A stretch of DNA of 64,000 nucleotides, taken from positions 32,001 to 96,000 of the forward strand of contig CAVZPM010000039.1 of assembly GCA_963777155.1 (NCBI GenBank), in the 5' to 3' direction. The position numbers and the translations under genes are program-made. Source of the stretch: Candidatus Bathyarchaeota archaeon (GTDB taxonomy: Archaea; Thermoproteota; Bathyarchaeia; Bathyarchaeales; Bathycorpusculaceae). Below are positions 19,399-29,223 of this stretch, in pieces; position 1 is the stretch's first letter, and each line of letters starts with the position of its first letter. The notes below the pieces were generated by a model. It worked only from the letters and a program-made list of their open reading frames with translations, ran no database searches and was not told the origin of the DNA.

Positions 19399-20310
19399 AT
19401 GGATTTATCGGAAAAAATCCAAAAGCTCAAGAAAGAAAAGAAAGCTGTCATACTGGCTCATAATTATCAGCGGCCAGAAATCCAAGACATAGCTGACTAT
19501 GTCGGAGACAGTATTGAACTTAGCCGCAAAGCTGTTGAAGAAAAGGACGCTGAAATAATTGTGTTTTCAGCAGTGGATTTTATGGCTGAATCAGCGGCGA
19601 TTTTGAACCCGAGCAAAAAAGTTCTTTTACCCTGTCTTGGCGCACGCTGCCCGATGGCACAGATGCTTACCGTTGATGAGATAAAACGCGCCAAAAAACA
19701 GTACCCGGACGCTCCCGTGGTTCTCTATGTTAACACTTTAGCTTCGTGCAAAGCCGAATGCGACGTTTGCTGCACAAGCGCCAACGCGGTCGAAGTCATA
19801 AAATCATTATACGCTGACACAATATTGTTTGGTCCAGACAAAAACCTCGCCGAATATGTCGCAGAAAAAACAGGGAAAACACTAATTCCAATCCCTGAAA
19901 ACGGGTTTTGCCCAACACATCTTCTGTTCCAGCCGGAAGACGTCAAAGTCCTAAAGATGCAGCATCCTGAAGCAATGGCTATGGTTCATCCTGAATGCAG
20001 TTCAGAAATGCGCAAAGTAGCTGACTTCGTGGGCAGCACCTCAAAAATGTGCCGTTACGCTAAAGAAAGCCACGCTACAGACTTCATCGTTGGCACAGAA
20101 GAAGGTATTCTGCATAGATTGCGTAAAGAGAACCCGAAGAAAAACTTCCATCTCGCTTATGAGGGCGCCGTTTGCCCCAATATGAAGCTGACAACTCTTG
20201 ATAGACTCTACGCTGCTCTTAAAGAGGAAAAGAATGTGGTTAAGGTTCCGGATGCAATAGCTAATAGAGCCCGCACTTCGCTAGAACGCATGTTTGAAGT
20301 AAAAAACTAA
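19399..20310 (+). CDS. nadA: Quinolinate synthase
   Basis: ILAHNYQ, FMAE, CPMA, YVNT, CTSANA, HPEC, CPNMK. Confidence 0.97.
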   Translation: MDLSEKIQKLKKEKKAVILAHNYQRPEIQDIADYVGDSIELSRKAVEEKDAEIIVFSAVDFMAESAAILNPSKKVLLPCLGARCPMAQMLTVDEIKRAKKQYPDAPVVLYVNTLASCKAECDVCCTSANAVEVIKSLYADTILFGPDKNLAEYVAEKTGKTLIPIPENGFCPTHLLFQPEDVKVLKMQHPEAMAMVHPECSSEMRKVADFVGSTSKMCRYAKESHATDFIVGTEEGILHRLRKENPKKNFHLAYEGAVCPNMKLTTLDRLYAALKEEKNVVKVPDAIANRARTSLERMFEVKN

Positions 20311-20726
20311 AGTGAAACAATCATTGATTTGAGGATTTTTACTCCTCTTCTTGAAGCCAAGTGGTCACTCAGGTGTCTTATTTCTGAGCCTTTACCTTTT
20401 ACAGCTATAACTTCGAGGCAATCATGTTCGCCTAGGTGTATGTGCATGGTTGAGGAAATCAATTCAGTATGGTGATGCTGTGTTTCCGTCAGGTCGCTTT
20501 CCAGCCCTCTCGTGTCGTGGTTGTAAACCATTAATAGGACGCCTGTTTGTTGAGCGTCTTCATCTTTGACCCATTTACGTTCGGAAACGTAGAGTCTTAC
20601 GGCATCTTGGATGGCTTTGCTGCGGCTTTCGTAGCCCATTTTTGTGGTGATTTCGTCGAAGTCTTTGAGGAGTTCAGGTGGGAAGGTTACACCTATTCGT
20701 GTTATCTTTGACATTTGTGGTCCCAT
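20307..20726 (-). CDS. nikR: Nickel-responsive regulator
   Basis: RHH N-terminus RIGVTFPPELL...SRSKAIQDA; HIHLGEHDCLE Ni site. Confidence 0.93.
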   Translation of the reverse strand: MGPQMSKITRIGVTFPPELLKDFDEITTKMGYESRSKAIQDAVRLYVSERKWVKDEDAQQTGVLLMVYNHDTRGLESDLTETQHHHTELISSTMHIHLGEHDCLEVIAVKGKGSEIRHLSDHLASRRGVKILKSMIVSL

Positions 20727-20754
20727 CTAGACTTTGTTTGTTGTGCCTAAAAGC

Positions 20755-20764
20755 TTTTATATTA
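20755..20764 (+). promoter_or_regulatory. TATA box of nikM/cbiM
   Basis: TTTTATATTA preceded by AAAAGC, ~45 nt upstream of ATG 20809. Confidence 0.6.
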
Positions 20765-20767
20765 AAG

Positions 20768-20795
20768 GTAACACGTTTCTCAAGAAAAGTGTTAC
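20768..20795. promoter_or_regulatory. Putative NikR operator
   Basis: GTAACAC-N14-GTGTTAC (28 bp) between divergent nikR and nikM, directly after the TATA box. Confidence 0.75.
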
Positions 20796-20808
20796 TGAAA
20801 GTGTGTAA

Positions 20809-21474
20809 ATGCACATCTCTGACGGATTAATCCTAAACAACACCTCAATCGTCTTAGCCGTTATTATGTGGATTCTCTCAATCAGTATACTCGCATGATC
20901 CTGGAAAAAAGCACAACAAACCTACACACGCTCAATCACTGCGTTGCTGGCAATTTCGAGTGCGTTTGTTTTCGCTGCACAGATGATAAACTTTCCGATA
21001 ACCTTCGGCACAAGTGGGCATTTAGTCGGTGGAACATTCCTCGCAGTGTTGTTAGGTCCATATGCCGCCATATTAAGCATGACCTTAGTCTTGGGGATGC
21101 AAGCTCTCTTCTTCGCGGACGGAGGAATCGTAGCGTTTGGCATGAACATGTTTAACATGGCAATAATTGGTGGATTAAGCTATTTTCTCATCAGAGCATT
21201 AACAAGAAAAAACAGTAGCCAAAAATGGTTCATATCAAGCGTTTTTATTTCATCATGGATTTCCGTTATGCTTGGCGCAGTAATCACAAGCTTTGAAATT
21301 GCTCCAGCATTTTCAGGCGGCTTAGCGGTAACTTTGCCTTCCATGTTGTTCCTCCATGGGTTAATCGTGGTAGGTGAAGGTGCCATAACAACAGTTCTAG
21401 TAACTTCTATCCAACGATTGAATTCAACGATCATTGGAGGTCTTTCGCTGCTAAAATGGAGAACCGATAAATGA
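20809..21474 (+). pseudogene. nikM: NikM/CbiM ECF substrate component with in-frame TGA at codon 30 (20896-20898)
   Basis: Diagnostic MHISDG N-terminus in frame with FAAQMINFP...GTSGHLVGG...QALFFADGG, interrupted by one TGA; could be a sequence error. Confidence 0.8.
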
Positions 21475-21761
21475 GAAAAACTCTCGTGGCTACAATTGCG
21501 ATAGTTATTTTTCTTATTATTTTACTTCCGTTTGCATCGAGCAACCCTGATGGATTAGAAAAAGTGGTAATAATGTATGGCGGACAAGAACATCAAAGCC
21601 TATGGAACGGGATCATGGCGGATTATTCTTTCTTTTCAATTGGAAATCAATATATCTCAACTTTGCTTGCAGGCATATTCGGAGTTGTAGCAGTCTTAGT
21701 AGCTGGTTTGGTTATTAGCAAAGTCATGGCGACAACCCACAAAAGCGCCAAAGAACGCTAA
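21471..21761 (+). CDS. nikN: NikN / PDGLE-domain membrane protein
   Basis: PFASSNPDGLEKV...MADY followed by a TM helix. Confidence 0.85.
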   Translation: MRKTLVATIAIVIFLIILLPFASSNPDGLEKVVIMYGGQEHQSLWNGIMADYSFFSIGNQYISTLLAGIFGVVAVLVAGLVISKVMATTHKSAKER

Positions 21762-21873
21762 CTATCCATGAAGAGTTGAAAAGTCAGCAAGTAACCACTG
21801 ACTGATCCTATCTCGTATAAAAGAGAATACATAACATTTGGTGAGTTGAAAAGTTTTTATCATTGATTTAGCC

Positions 21874-22776
21874 ATGCTAAAGCTGATGTCGGGCAAAGAA
21901 TTTTTCTTAGATCGCTATGAACGGCTGGGTTGGAAATACCGAGAAGTTACCTTGAAGCAGGCCATAAGAATCAACACCATGAATTCGAAAGGAAAAAACC
22001 TCATCGCAAGGCTTGCAGATTTAGGTGTTAACTTGGAAAAAATCCCGTTCCTCGACTCAGGTTACTGGGTGCTTGATTCCAAAGTTTCTGCTGGTGCCAC
22101 AGCCGAATATCTATTGGGGCTGTATTCGATTCAGGAAGTAGCCGCCCAGATCCCAGTTTCTCTCTTCACCCATCCGAAGGGCAAAAAAGTGCTTGACGCA
22201 GCTGCGGCACCCGGAGGAAAAACTGTGCAGTTGGCGGATGTAATGGAAAACTCGGGGGCGATTGCAGCTTTGGATGTGGATAAGCGACGGTTGAATGCGT
22301 TGAGTAACCATTTGGAACGCTGCCATGTTAGCAACACGGTGGTTTATCTGTTGGATGCACGGCGAGCATCAGCGTTAAAGGTCAAGTTTGATCGGGTGCT
22401 AGTGGATGCACCTTGCTCGGGCAATTTTGCATCAGACAGAGATTGGTTCAAAAACAGAACCCTAAAGGATGTGGAGCGCAATGCGAACCTACAACGTGAA
22501 ATAATAGTCAAGGCTGTTGAATGTTTGAGCGATGATGGAGAAATGATTTATTCTACCTGTTCGCTTGAGCCCGAAGAAGACGAATTGAACATTGATTGGG
22601 CAATAAAAAACCTCAATCTTCAAATCGAACAAATCTACTGTCAGGGAGATAAAGGCTTAACCAACATTTTCGGCACACAACTCGACCCATCCATTAAACA
22701 TTGCAGGCGGCTATGGCCTGGAGAAACTCAGGGTTTCTTTGTCTGTAAACTAAAAAAACGGAGCCCCAAACTTTGA
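21874..22776 (+). CDS. RsmB/NOP2 family RNA m5C methyltransferase
   Basis: AAAPGGKT, DAPCSG, YSTCS. Confidence 0.92.
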   Translation: MLKLMSGKEFFLDRYERLGWKYREVTLKQAIRINTMNSKGKNLIARLADLGVNLEKIPFLDSGYWVLDSKVSAGATAEYLLGLYSIQEVAAQIPVSLFTHPKGKKVLDAAAAPGGKTVQLADVMENSGAIAALDVDKRRLNALSNHLERCHVSNTVVYLLDARRASALKVKFDRVLVDAPCSGNFASDRDWFKNRTLKDVERNANLQREIIVKAVECLSDDGEMIYSTCSLEPEEDELNIDWAIKNLNLQIEQIYCQGDKGLTNIFGTQLDPSIKHCRRLWPGETQGFFVCKLKKRSPKL

Positions 22777-23246
22777 ACTCAAAACCAATAACGAATTTTG
22801 CCGCACAATTCGGTGTCCAAATAGCTTTGAACTTGGATTTGATGGTTGAGAAGAACGGGCGCTTCTATCTGGTGAATCCTGTTTTGAAACCGTTGGTTCA
22901 GCAAGATTTTTTTTGGGCTGGTGTCTATCTTGGGAAGGCTAAGGAGGGCAAGTTTTTTCCAAGTTTTAACTTGCTTGGGATGCTTGCAAGAAACGGTGCT
23001 AATCGAATTATCTTAGATAGGAAAGCTGCTTGGCTTTTTATCTGCGGCAGGGATGTTTTAGGGACGAGTATAGTGCGCGTTTGGGGTCCAGGCAAGAAGA
23101 ATACCAATACTTTAGTGGTAAACGAATTTGGCGAATGTTTAGGTTTTGGCAGAATTGTTGGAAACCTGAGCGGTGAAGGTGCAGGTAAACAAATTGTGGT
23201 TAGGAACGTTTCAGATGTTGGCGATTTTTTGCGTAGAGAACGATAA
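22773..23246 (+). CDS. NIP7-like PUA-domain protein
   Basis: AWLFICGRDV, NEFGECLGFG, DVGDFLRRE; overlaps the NOP2 gene stop. Confidence 0.8.
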   Translation: MNSKPITNFAAQFGVQIALNLDLMVEKNGRFYLVNPVLKPLVQQDFFWAGVYLGKAKEGKFFPSFNLLGMLARNGANRIILDRKAAWLFICGRDVLGTSIVRVWGPGKKNTNTLVVNEFGECLGFGRIVGNLSGEGAGKQIVVRNVSDVGDFLRRER

Positions 23247-23462
23247 TGGTGGTTTTTTGGTTATTTGTCCAGTTGTAAGCCATTTTTAGGCGTTTTTTTC
23301 AGCGCATTACACGTGCAGAGTTTAATACACTATTTCAATAATTTGCCTGGTTACTGAACATTTATCAATAATAATGAAGCGATAAACTTAAATATGTTTA
23401 CGTTTAATCTGATTTCCATAACATATGGAGAGCAAAGCCAAGCCTAAGGAGAAATTAATTGA

Positions 23463-24827
23463 ATGAAAAATTTTAAAAACCCAGCCTGGAAAGAAGCAGT
23501 AACAAAAGTAGTCAAACAAATCCAAGAACTAGACATCAAATTTGTCAGACTACAGTTCACTGACATCAACGGCATGTTAAAGAACCTAGCAGTAAGTGCA
23601 AAGAACATTGAAAGCATCTTCGAAAACGGACAATCTTTCGACGGCTCATCGATCACCGGTTACAGGCCAATCGAAGAATCCGACATGGTCCTCTACCCAG
23701 ATCCAACAACTTTCGCCGTACTACCTTGGAGACCAAAAGAAAAATCTTCCTGCAGACTAATCTGTGATGTTTACACTCCACAAAACAAACGTTTTGAAGG
23801 AGATCCACGGTACATTCTAGAACGCGCAGTAGAAAAAGCAAACAAAGCAGGCTACACCTTCATCTGCGCTCCTGAACTGGAATTCTTCATCGTCAAAGAA
23901 AGCGAAAATGGCGGATTACCAAAACCCATCGATTTAGCAGGGTACTTTGACTTTCACCCAAGCGACCTAACCGACGACCTACGTCGAGAAATCGCAGACA
24001 CCGCAGAAGCATTCGGCATAGAAATCGAGATCAGTCACCACGAAGTCGCCCTCGGACAAAATGAAATCGACTTCAAATACGGCGAAGCGCTCGTTACTGC
24101 CGACCGCGCTATAACTATGCGGATGTGCGGCAAAGTCGTTGCTGCACGTGCAGGTTACGTTACAACATACATGCCCAAACCCTTCCAAGGCATAAACGGA
24201 AGCGGCATGCACTGCCACATGAGCCTCTGGAACAAAGAGAACACTCAAAACCTCTTTTATGCAGACGACGCCAAGAACGGTTTCCTCTCAGACCTGGCAA
24301 GAAACTACATCGGTGGACAACTAGCCCATGGACGCAAAATGGCTGCAGTCCTTAACTCGTGGCCAAACAGTTACAAACGGTTAGTCCCAGGCTACGAAGC
24401 CCCAGTTTACCTTGCATGGGCACACAAAAACCGTAGTCCCCTCATCCGTGTCCCTAACTTTGGCGGCAGAAAGAACGCAGCAAGATGCGAAATCCGTTGC
24501 CCAGACGGCGCAGGCAACCCATACCTACAATTCGCGGTGCTCCTAGCAACCGGCTTAGACGGAATCAAGAACAAGATTGACCCAGGCGACCCAGTTGAAC
24601 TAAACGTTTACCATATGACCTATGAAGAACGCAAAGAACGCGGCATAGTATCCCTGCCAGAAAACCTCAAAGAAGCACTCGACGAACTTGAAACCAGCGA
24701 CTTAATGCGAGAAACCCTTGGTCCAGTCACATTCGAGAACTTCCTCAAAGAGAAACGTCACGAATGGGACCTCTACCGCACCCAGGTCACCGAGTGGGAA
24801 GTCAACCGCTACATCAAACGGCTCTAA
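23463..24827 (+). CDS. glnA: Glutamine synthetase type I
   Basis: FDGSSI, ELEFF, HHEVA, MPKP...NGSGMHCH, RLVPGYEAP, EIRCPD. Confidence 0.97.
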   Translation: MKNFKNPAWKEAVTKVVKQIQELDIKFVRLQFTDINGMLKNLAVSAKNIESIFENGQSFDGSSITGYRPIEESDMVLYPDPTTFAVLPWRPKEKSSCRLICDVYTPQNKRFEGDPRYILERAVEKANKAGYTFICAPELEFFIVKESENGGLPKPIDLAGYFDFHPSDLTDDLRREIADTAEAFGIEIEISHHEVALGQNEIDFKYGEALVTADRAITMRMCGKVVAARAGYVTTYMPKPFQGINGSGMHCHMSLWNKENTQNLFYADDAKNGFLSDLARNYIGGQLAHGRKMAAVLNSWPNSYKRLVPGYEAPVYLAWAHKNRSPLIRVPNFGGRKNAARCEIRCPDGAGNPYLQFAVLLATGLDGIKNKIDPGDPVELNVYHMTYEERKERGIVSLPENLKEALDELETSDLMRETLGPVTFENFLKEKRHEWDLYRTQVTEWEVNRYIKRL

Positions 24828-24870
24828 ACCAAAAGAAGTAAGCCTTTTGGCTTACAAAAAATTTTCTTTT

Positions 24871-26145
24871 TTAATTCTTAATCTTTTCAACCAATTTATC
24901 TATAGGTATCGTGTTTTGCTGTCTATTTACTAAATCCTTCAAAACTACAGCGCCCTCTTTGAGTTCACGTTCTCCGACGATTACTGCAAAATCGATTTTT
25001 CGTTTATCTGCATCTTCGAGGGCTTTAGCCATTTTTCTTCCCATAACCTCAAACTCCACCAATATTCCGGAGGCACGTAAGGTCTGGGCTATTTTTAGTG
25101 CTTGAGACTTTAACTCTTCAGTTATGGAAATAACGGTTACTTTTTTTTCCGCTGTGGCAGTGAGAGCTGCTTTTTGAGTCTGTAAAGCAATTGCAACTCG
25201 ATCAATTCCATGGGCACAGCCGACTGCGGGTGTGGGTTCGCCGCCGAAGGCTTCGATGAGTCTATCGTATCGCCCTCCGCCACCCAATGCAATCTCCAAT
25301 TCAGGAATGTAGATTTCAAAAATTATTCCAGTGTAGTATTCTAGTCCTCTGGCAAACGCGGGTTCAACAATTATTGGTGGATTAGCGTTTTCAACTACGA
25401 GTTTGATCACTTTCGCGAGGTTTTCTACTGCCGCTTTCGCCTTATCGTATGTGGCAACATAGGTTTGGATTTGTTCAACCGCATCGAGCCAATCGTTGCC
25501 TCTAATTTCAAGTAGTCCTCTAAGCATACTTCGGCACTTATCAGCCTCTACTAACTTAAGTGCGGCATCGTACTCTTTTTTGTCCATATATTGCAATACT
25601 GCATTCTGAGTTTTCTCGTCTACACCCTCTTGGCTAAGAATTCCTCGAATGATGCCTATATGCCCAATTTTGAAGGCATATCCTTTTAGCCCTAAAGCCT
25701 GCATCAAACTATTTGTGAGTAGGATTATTTCGGCATCTGCTTCAGGTTTAGCAGACCCCATGAGCTCAAAGTTTGACTGCCAGAATTCCCTGTACCGTCC
25801 ACGTTGCGGCTCATCATAACGGTATACAGTTCCTACAGAGAACAACCGCAACGGCTTGGGCTCATTTTTTAGGGTTGTTGTCGCTAGACGGGCGATGGAT
25901 GCAGTAAACTCGGGTCTCAGGGCAACTTGGCGGTCGCCGAGGTCTTTGAAGATGAACATGCGTTGCCGGATTTCCTCGCCTGATTTGGCGCTTAACAGTT
26001 CAAGAGGCTCTACATGTGGTGTGATGACTTCTTTGTAGCCATAGAGTGTAGCGTTTTCTCTGGCTTTAGCTATTATGTGAGTGAATGTTTGTGCTTCTTC
26101 TCCGGTTAGGTCTCTCATTCCGCGGACAGGTTGGAAAGCAGGCAT
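24871..26145 (-). CDS. hisS: Histidine--tRNA ligase
   Basis: VRGMRD, LRPEFTASIAR, RYDEPQRGRYREF, RGLEYYTG, GGGRYD. Confidence 0.97.
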   Translation of the reverse strand: MPAFQPVRGMRDLTGEEAQTFTHIIAKARENATLYGYKEVITPHVEPLELLSAKSGEEIRQRMFIFKDLGDRQVALRPEFTASIARLATTTLKNEPKPLRLFSVGTVYRYDEPQRGRYREFWQSNFELMGSAKPEADAEIILLTNSLMQALGLKGYAFKIGHIGIIRGILSQEGVDEKTQNAVLQYMDKKEYDAALKLVEADKCRSMLRGLLEIRGNDWLDAVEQIQTYVATYDKAKAAVENLAKVIKLVVENANPPIIVEPAFARGLEYYTGIIFEIYIPELEIALGGGGRYDRLIEAFGGEPTPAVGCAHGIDRVAIALQTQKAALTATAEKKVTVISITEELKSQALKIAQTLRASGILVEFEVMGRKMAKALEDADKRKIDFAVIVGERELKEGAVVLKDLVNRQQNTIPIDKLVEKIKN

Positions 26146-26288
26146 GTATTGATCTCCAGGATAGCTTAAGATGGGGCGATTATTCTTTTAAACTCTCGCA
26201 CTGCAGAAACAAGGTATGTGCTTAAATCGTTAAGGGGTTAGTCTAAATTGGTGGTTTTTCAAGCCATTAACATGTTGAAAAGGGGGTA

Positions 26289-27092
26289 TTATGGTTTGTA
26301 CGCTTCTACTTCGAGCCGCATCATACCCAAATGAACCACACCGTCCGTGTCTGCGGGGTGGTTTTTGAGATAGCGTGCAGTGATTTCTTTAACGAACATA
26401 TCCCGCTTTTCAGCAGGCAACCGTTCAGTATAGGGTAACCACGTGGTTCTTATCCAACCCGCCAATCCTTCTGCGCCCGCATGCTTCATGTCTCTAGGAA
26501 AAAGCTCAACACGCAGTGGCTTTAACCCTGCCTCATGAAGAAATTCTCCGTATTCTTCTGCGCTAAAGAATCCGTAGGGAAAAGAGAAGCCTTCAAAAAA
26601 ATTTTTCCAAGAGCTATTGGTTAGTAGATCTTTTAGGATTGAGATTATGTCTTTGGCGTTGCCTTTGCCAGCCATCTGGACTATGAATCTTCCCTTTGGT
26701 CTCAGACTTCTGTGAATGCCTTTCAAAACTGCTTTCTGGTCGACAATCCAATGTAGAGCTGCATTAGAAAATATCAGATCGAATTCTTGGTCAAACGTGA
26801 TTTTTCGGGCATCCATAACTTGAAAACTAAGATTAGGATACTCTTGCTTGGGGAAAGTGCTCTGTGCAAGATTGATCATTTGGGTTGAACTATCGATGCC
26901 AACTGCTTTGCCCTCTGGGAGGCATTTGCTTATTTCCGCGGTAATTTTTCCGTCGCCACATCCAATGTCCAACAGAGCTTCGTTTCCTATGAGTTTTAAT
27001 TTTGGGATGAGTTCTTGTGCCCATTGAAATTGGTTCTGAGAATTCTTTGCGTAATCTTTTGCGTCCCAGGCGTAACTTTTGGATTTATTCAT
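26289..27092 (-). CDS. Class I SAM-dependent methyltransferase (Tam-like)
   Basis: LDIGCGDG, FSNAALHW. Confidence 0.88.
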   Translation of the reverse strand: MNKSKSYAWDAKDYAKNSQNQFQWAQELIPKLKLIGNEALLDIGCGDGKITAEISKCLPEGKAVGIDSSTQMINLAQSTFPKQEYPNLSFQVMDARKITFDQEFDLIFSNAALHWIVDQKAVLKGIHRSLRPKGRFIVQMAGKGNAKDIISILKDLLTNSSWKNFFEGFSFPYGFFSAEEYGEFLHEAGLKPLRVELFPRDMKHAGAEGLAGWIRTTWLPYTERLPAEKRDMFVKEITARYLKNHPADTDGVVHLGMMRLEVEAYKP

Positions 27093-27109
27093 CTTGGTCC
27101 TGCTCTATC

Positions 27110-27661
27110 TTACTGAAACTCAGACGGGGAGACAGAGTAGTGTACGATTTCACCTCTACGGTTGATGACAGCTAAAATTAGCTCTTTCTTTTGGCTCTTG
27201 CACTTCCCCAATGCGTTTGCAAGGTCGTTTATTGGAAGCGGCTTACCCTCCTGCGTTCCCATAATCAAATAGGGCGCGATGTCTTTGCCGTATGTGCCTC
27301 GCTCATAGATGCGGAAGTCGATTCCACCTCCGAAGCCTTCCCTGACAACGTAGCCGCGACTTCGGAGGTCACGGTAAACCAAGTAGTTGACCCATGCGTT
27401 CTCGTTTTGGGCTTCATAACAGTGTAGTAGGCTCTGGAAATCGACGACTTTGCCTCTTTCTCCCTTTACTTCAAGCATTCCTTTGTCTAAAAGATAGAGT
27501 GACTCGTAAAAGGTGAGTGTGAAAACCTTGCTCTCTATTGTGCCGTAGCCTCGTGAAGAGAGTGCATCGATGTTGCTTTGCTCGGAGATAGTGACACCTT
27601 TCTCTGCGAGTACGCCGCTGGTTCTGAATTCTACTGAGGGTGCCTTTTTGTTTTCACTCAT
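27110..27661 (-). CDS. endA: tRNA-splicing endonuclease, probably the structural (beta) subunit
   Basis: YLVYRDLRSRGYVVREG...DFRIY...ILAVI; catalytic Tyr/His not evident. Confidence 0.82.
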   Translation of the reverse strand: MSENKKAPSVEFRTSGVLAEKGVTISEQSNIDALSSRGYGTIESKVFTLTFYESLYLLDKGMLEVKGERGKVVDFQSLLHCYEAQNENAWVNYLVYRDLRSRGYVVREGFGGGIDFRIYERGTYGKDIAPYLIMGTQEGKPLPINDLANALGKCKSQKKELILAVINRRGEIVHYSVSPSEFQ

Positions 27662-27689
27662 TACTTAATCGCTACTTTACTGTTCTGTG

Positions 27690-28718
27690 CTATACTTTTC
27701 CTTTTCTGAAATCGCCAAAATCCTTGCTGTAGATGACACGGCTTTCTGTTATGATAGCTGTGACGTATTTGAGGGGTGTCGGATCGAAAGAGGGATTCAT
27801 AACCTTTACGCCGTGGGGTGCAACTTGGATGCCTCCGATGTGGGTAACTTCTTCAGGTTTGCGTTCTTCTATTTCGATGTCGGCGGCCTCTCGGGAGAGG
27901 TCAAAAGTGGATTTGGGCGCAGCTACATAGAATGGGATTCTGTGTTCATGAGCCAAAATTGCGACACTGTATGTGCCTATCTTGTTGAAGACTGCATCCT
28001 GCACGATTCGGTCGGCGCCAACAATCACCAAGTTGACTAGGTTTTTGCTCATGATATAGCCTGCCATATTATCAGTGATAAGGGTGACTGGGATGCCGTC
28101 GCGTTTTAGCTCGTAGGCTGTGAGTCTCGCACCCTGCAGGAGCGGGCGGGTTTCGTCTGCTATGACGTTGATTTTTTTGCCCTCTTCCCACGCTGATCGA
28201 ACCACTCCAAGAGCGGTTCCATACTCAACCGTTGCCAACTCACCTGCGTTGCAATGTGTTAGGATGGTATCACCGTCTTTAATGAGAACCGAGCCGTTCT
28301 TGCCTATTGCGTGGTTCTGAGCCGCATCTTCGTCAGCGATTTTCTGTGCTTCCATGATTACAGCTACCTTTAGTTCATCTGCGGTCCCTGAAAAGCTCCG
28401 CGCCATGGTTAAGACGCGATCAATTCCCCAAAATAGGTTCACAGCTGTGGGTCTTTGTCTTTTGATAATGGTGCCTGCAGTTTCCAATTCCATCATCAAT
28501 TTAGCCTTATCTTTTGCCTCAGAACTGTACGCTGCTAATGCCACGCCAAACCCTGCAGCTGCACCCAAAAGCGGCGCGCCCCGAACGCGGAGCATCTTAA
28601 TGGCTTCTGCCATCTGATCAACGGTTTTAATTTCTAGAGTGACTTCTTGGAGGGGGAGCTTGGTTTGGTCCAGTGTTATGACGGTTCCCTTTTGCCACTT
28701 AATCATCCGCATGTACAT
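27690..28718 (-). CDS. mtnA: Methylthioribose-1-phosphate isomerase
   Basis: VRGAP, RPTAVNL, THCNAG, ETRPLLQGARLT, NKIGTY. Confidence 0.93.
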   Translation of the reverse strand: MYMRMIKWQKGTVITLDQTKLPLQEVTLEIKTVDQMAEAIKMLRVRGAPLLGAAAGFGVALAAYSSEAKDKAKLMMELETAGTIIKRQRPTAVNLFWGIDRVLTMARSFSGTADELKVAVIMEAQKIADEDAAQNHAIGKNGSVLIKDGDTILTHCNAGELATVEYGTALGVVRSAWEEGKKINVIADETRPLLQGARLTAYELKRDGIPVTLITDNMAGYIMSKNLVNLVIVGADRIVQDAVFNKIGTYSVAILAHEHRIPFYVAAPKSTFDLSREAADIEIEERKPEEVTHIGGIQVAPHGVKVMNPSFDPTPLKYVTAIITESRVIYSKDFGDFRKGKV

Positions 28719-28779
28719 ACCTCAAATGTAACTTCAGTGTTAACGGTTAGTTGGGGATGGTTGTTTTAAGGATTTTCTA

Positions 28780-29181
28780 TCAATGTGGTTTGAACCGTTG
28801 AACTAAATCAAACAGGTTGCCGTAGAGATCCTCCAAAACCACGTCAATGCCCCAAGCTTGCACCTGGGGTTTGCCGTAGAATTTAATGCCTCTAGCTTTA
28901 AGCGCCTTGTACTCTTTTCGACAATCATCTGTCTCCAATGTGAGGAACACATGGTCTCCTGCCTGCTTTCCCAGCGCTCTACGTTTTTCTTCGCTATCAG
29001 CCAAAATAAAGGTTAACTCAAGGTCCATCTGGTCTTTGGGCGAAACGGTGACCCAACGCATTGGTCCCAATGTGAGGTCTTGGCGTTTCTGGAATCCGAG
29101 TTTTTCCGTGTAGAATTTTAAGGCTTCATCTATTTCTTTTACAAGCAGAGTTATGTGGCCTATTTTATTCATCGTTACCAC
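28780..29181 (-). CDS. VOC/glyoxalase family protein
   Basis: HITLLV...FYTEKLGF...RWVTV...EDLYGN. Confidence 0.88.
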   Translation of the reverse strand: MVTMNKIGHITLLVKEIDEALKFYTEKLGFQKRQDLTLGPMRWVTVSPKDQMDLELTFILADSEEKRRALGKQAGDHVFLTLETDDCRKEYKALKARGIKFYGKPQVQAWGIDVVLEDLYGNLFDLVQRFKPH

Positions 29182-29223
29182 CCAACATTGGTTAATTGAA
29201 GAAAAGGTTGGCTTAAGTTTTAC

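Noticed and set aside
20896-20898. TGA in nikM as evidence of recoding or an alternative genetic code
   Set aside because: TGA is a normal stop elsewhere in the window (e.g. tgtA, the QueG-like gene) and Trp is encoded by TGG throughout
23280-23462. Nitrogen regulator site upstream of glnA
   Set aside because: No GGAA-N6-TTCC NrpR box seen; only a weak TAAAC/GTTTA symmetry around the TATA box
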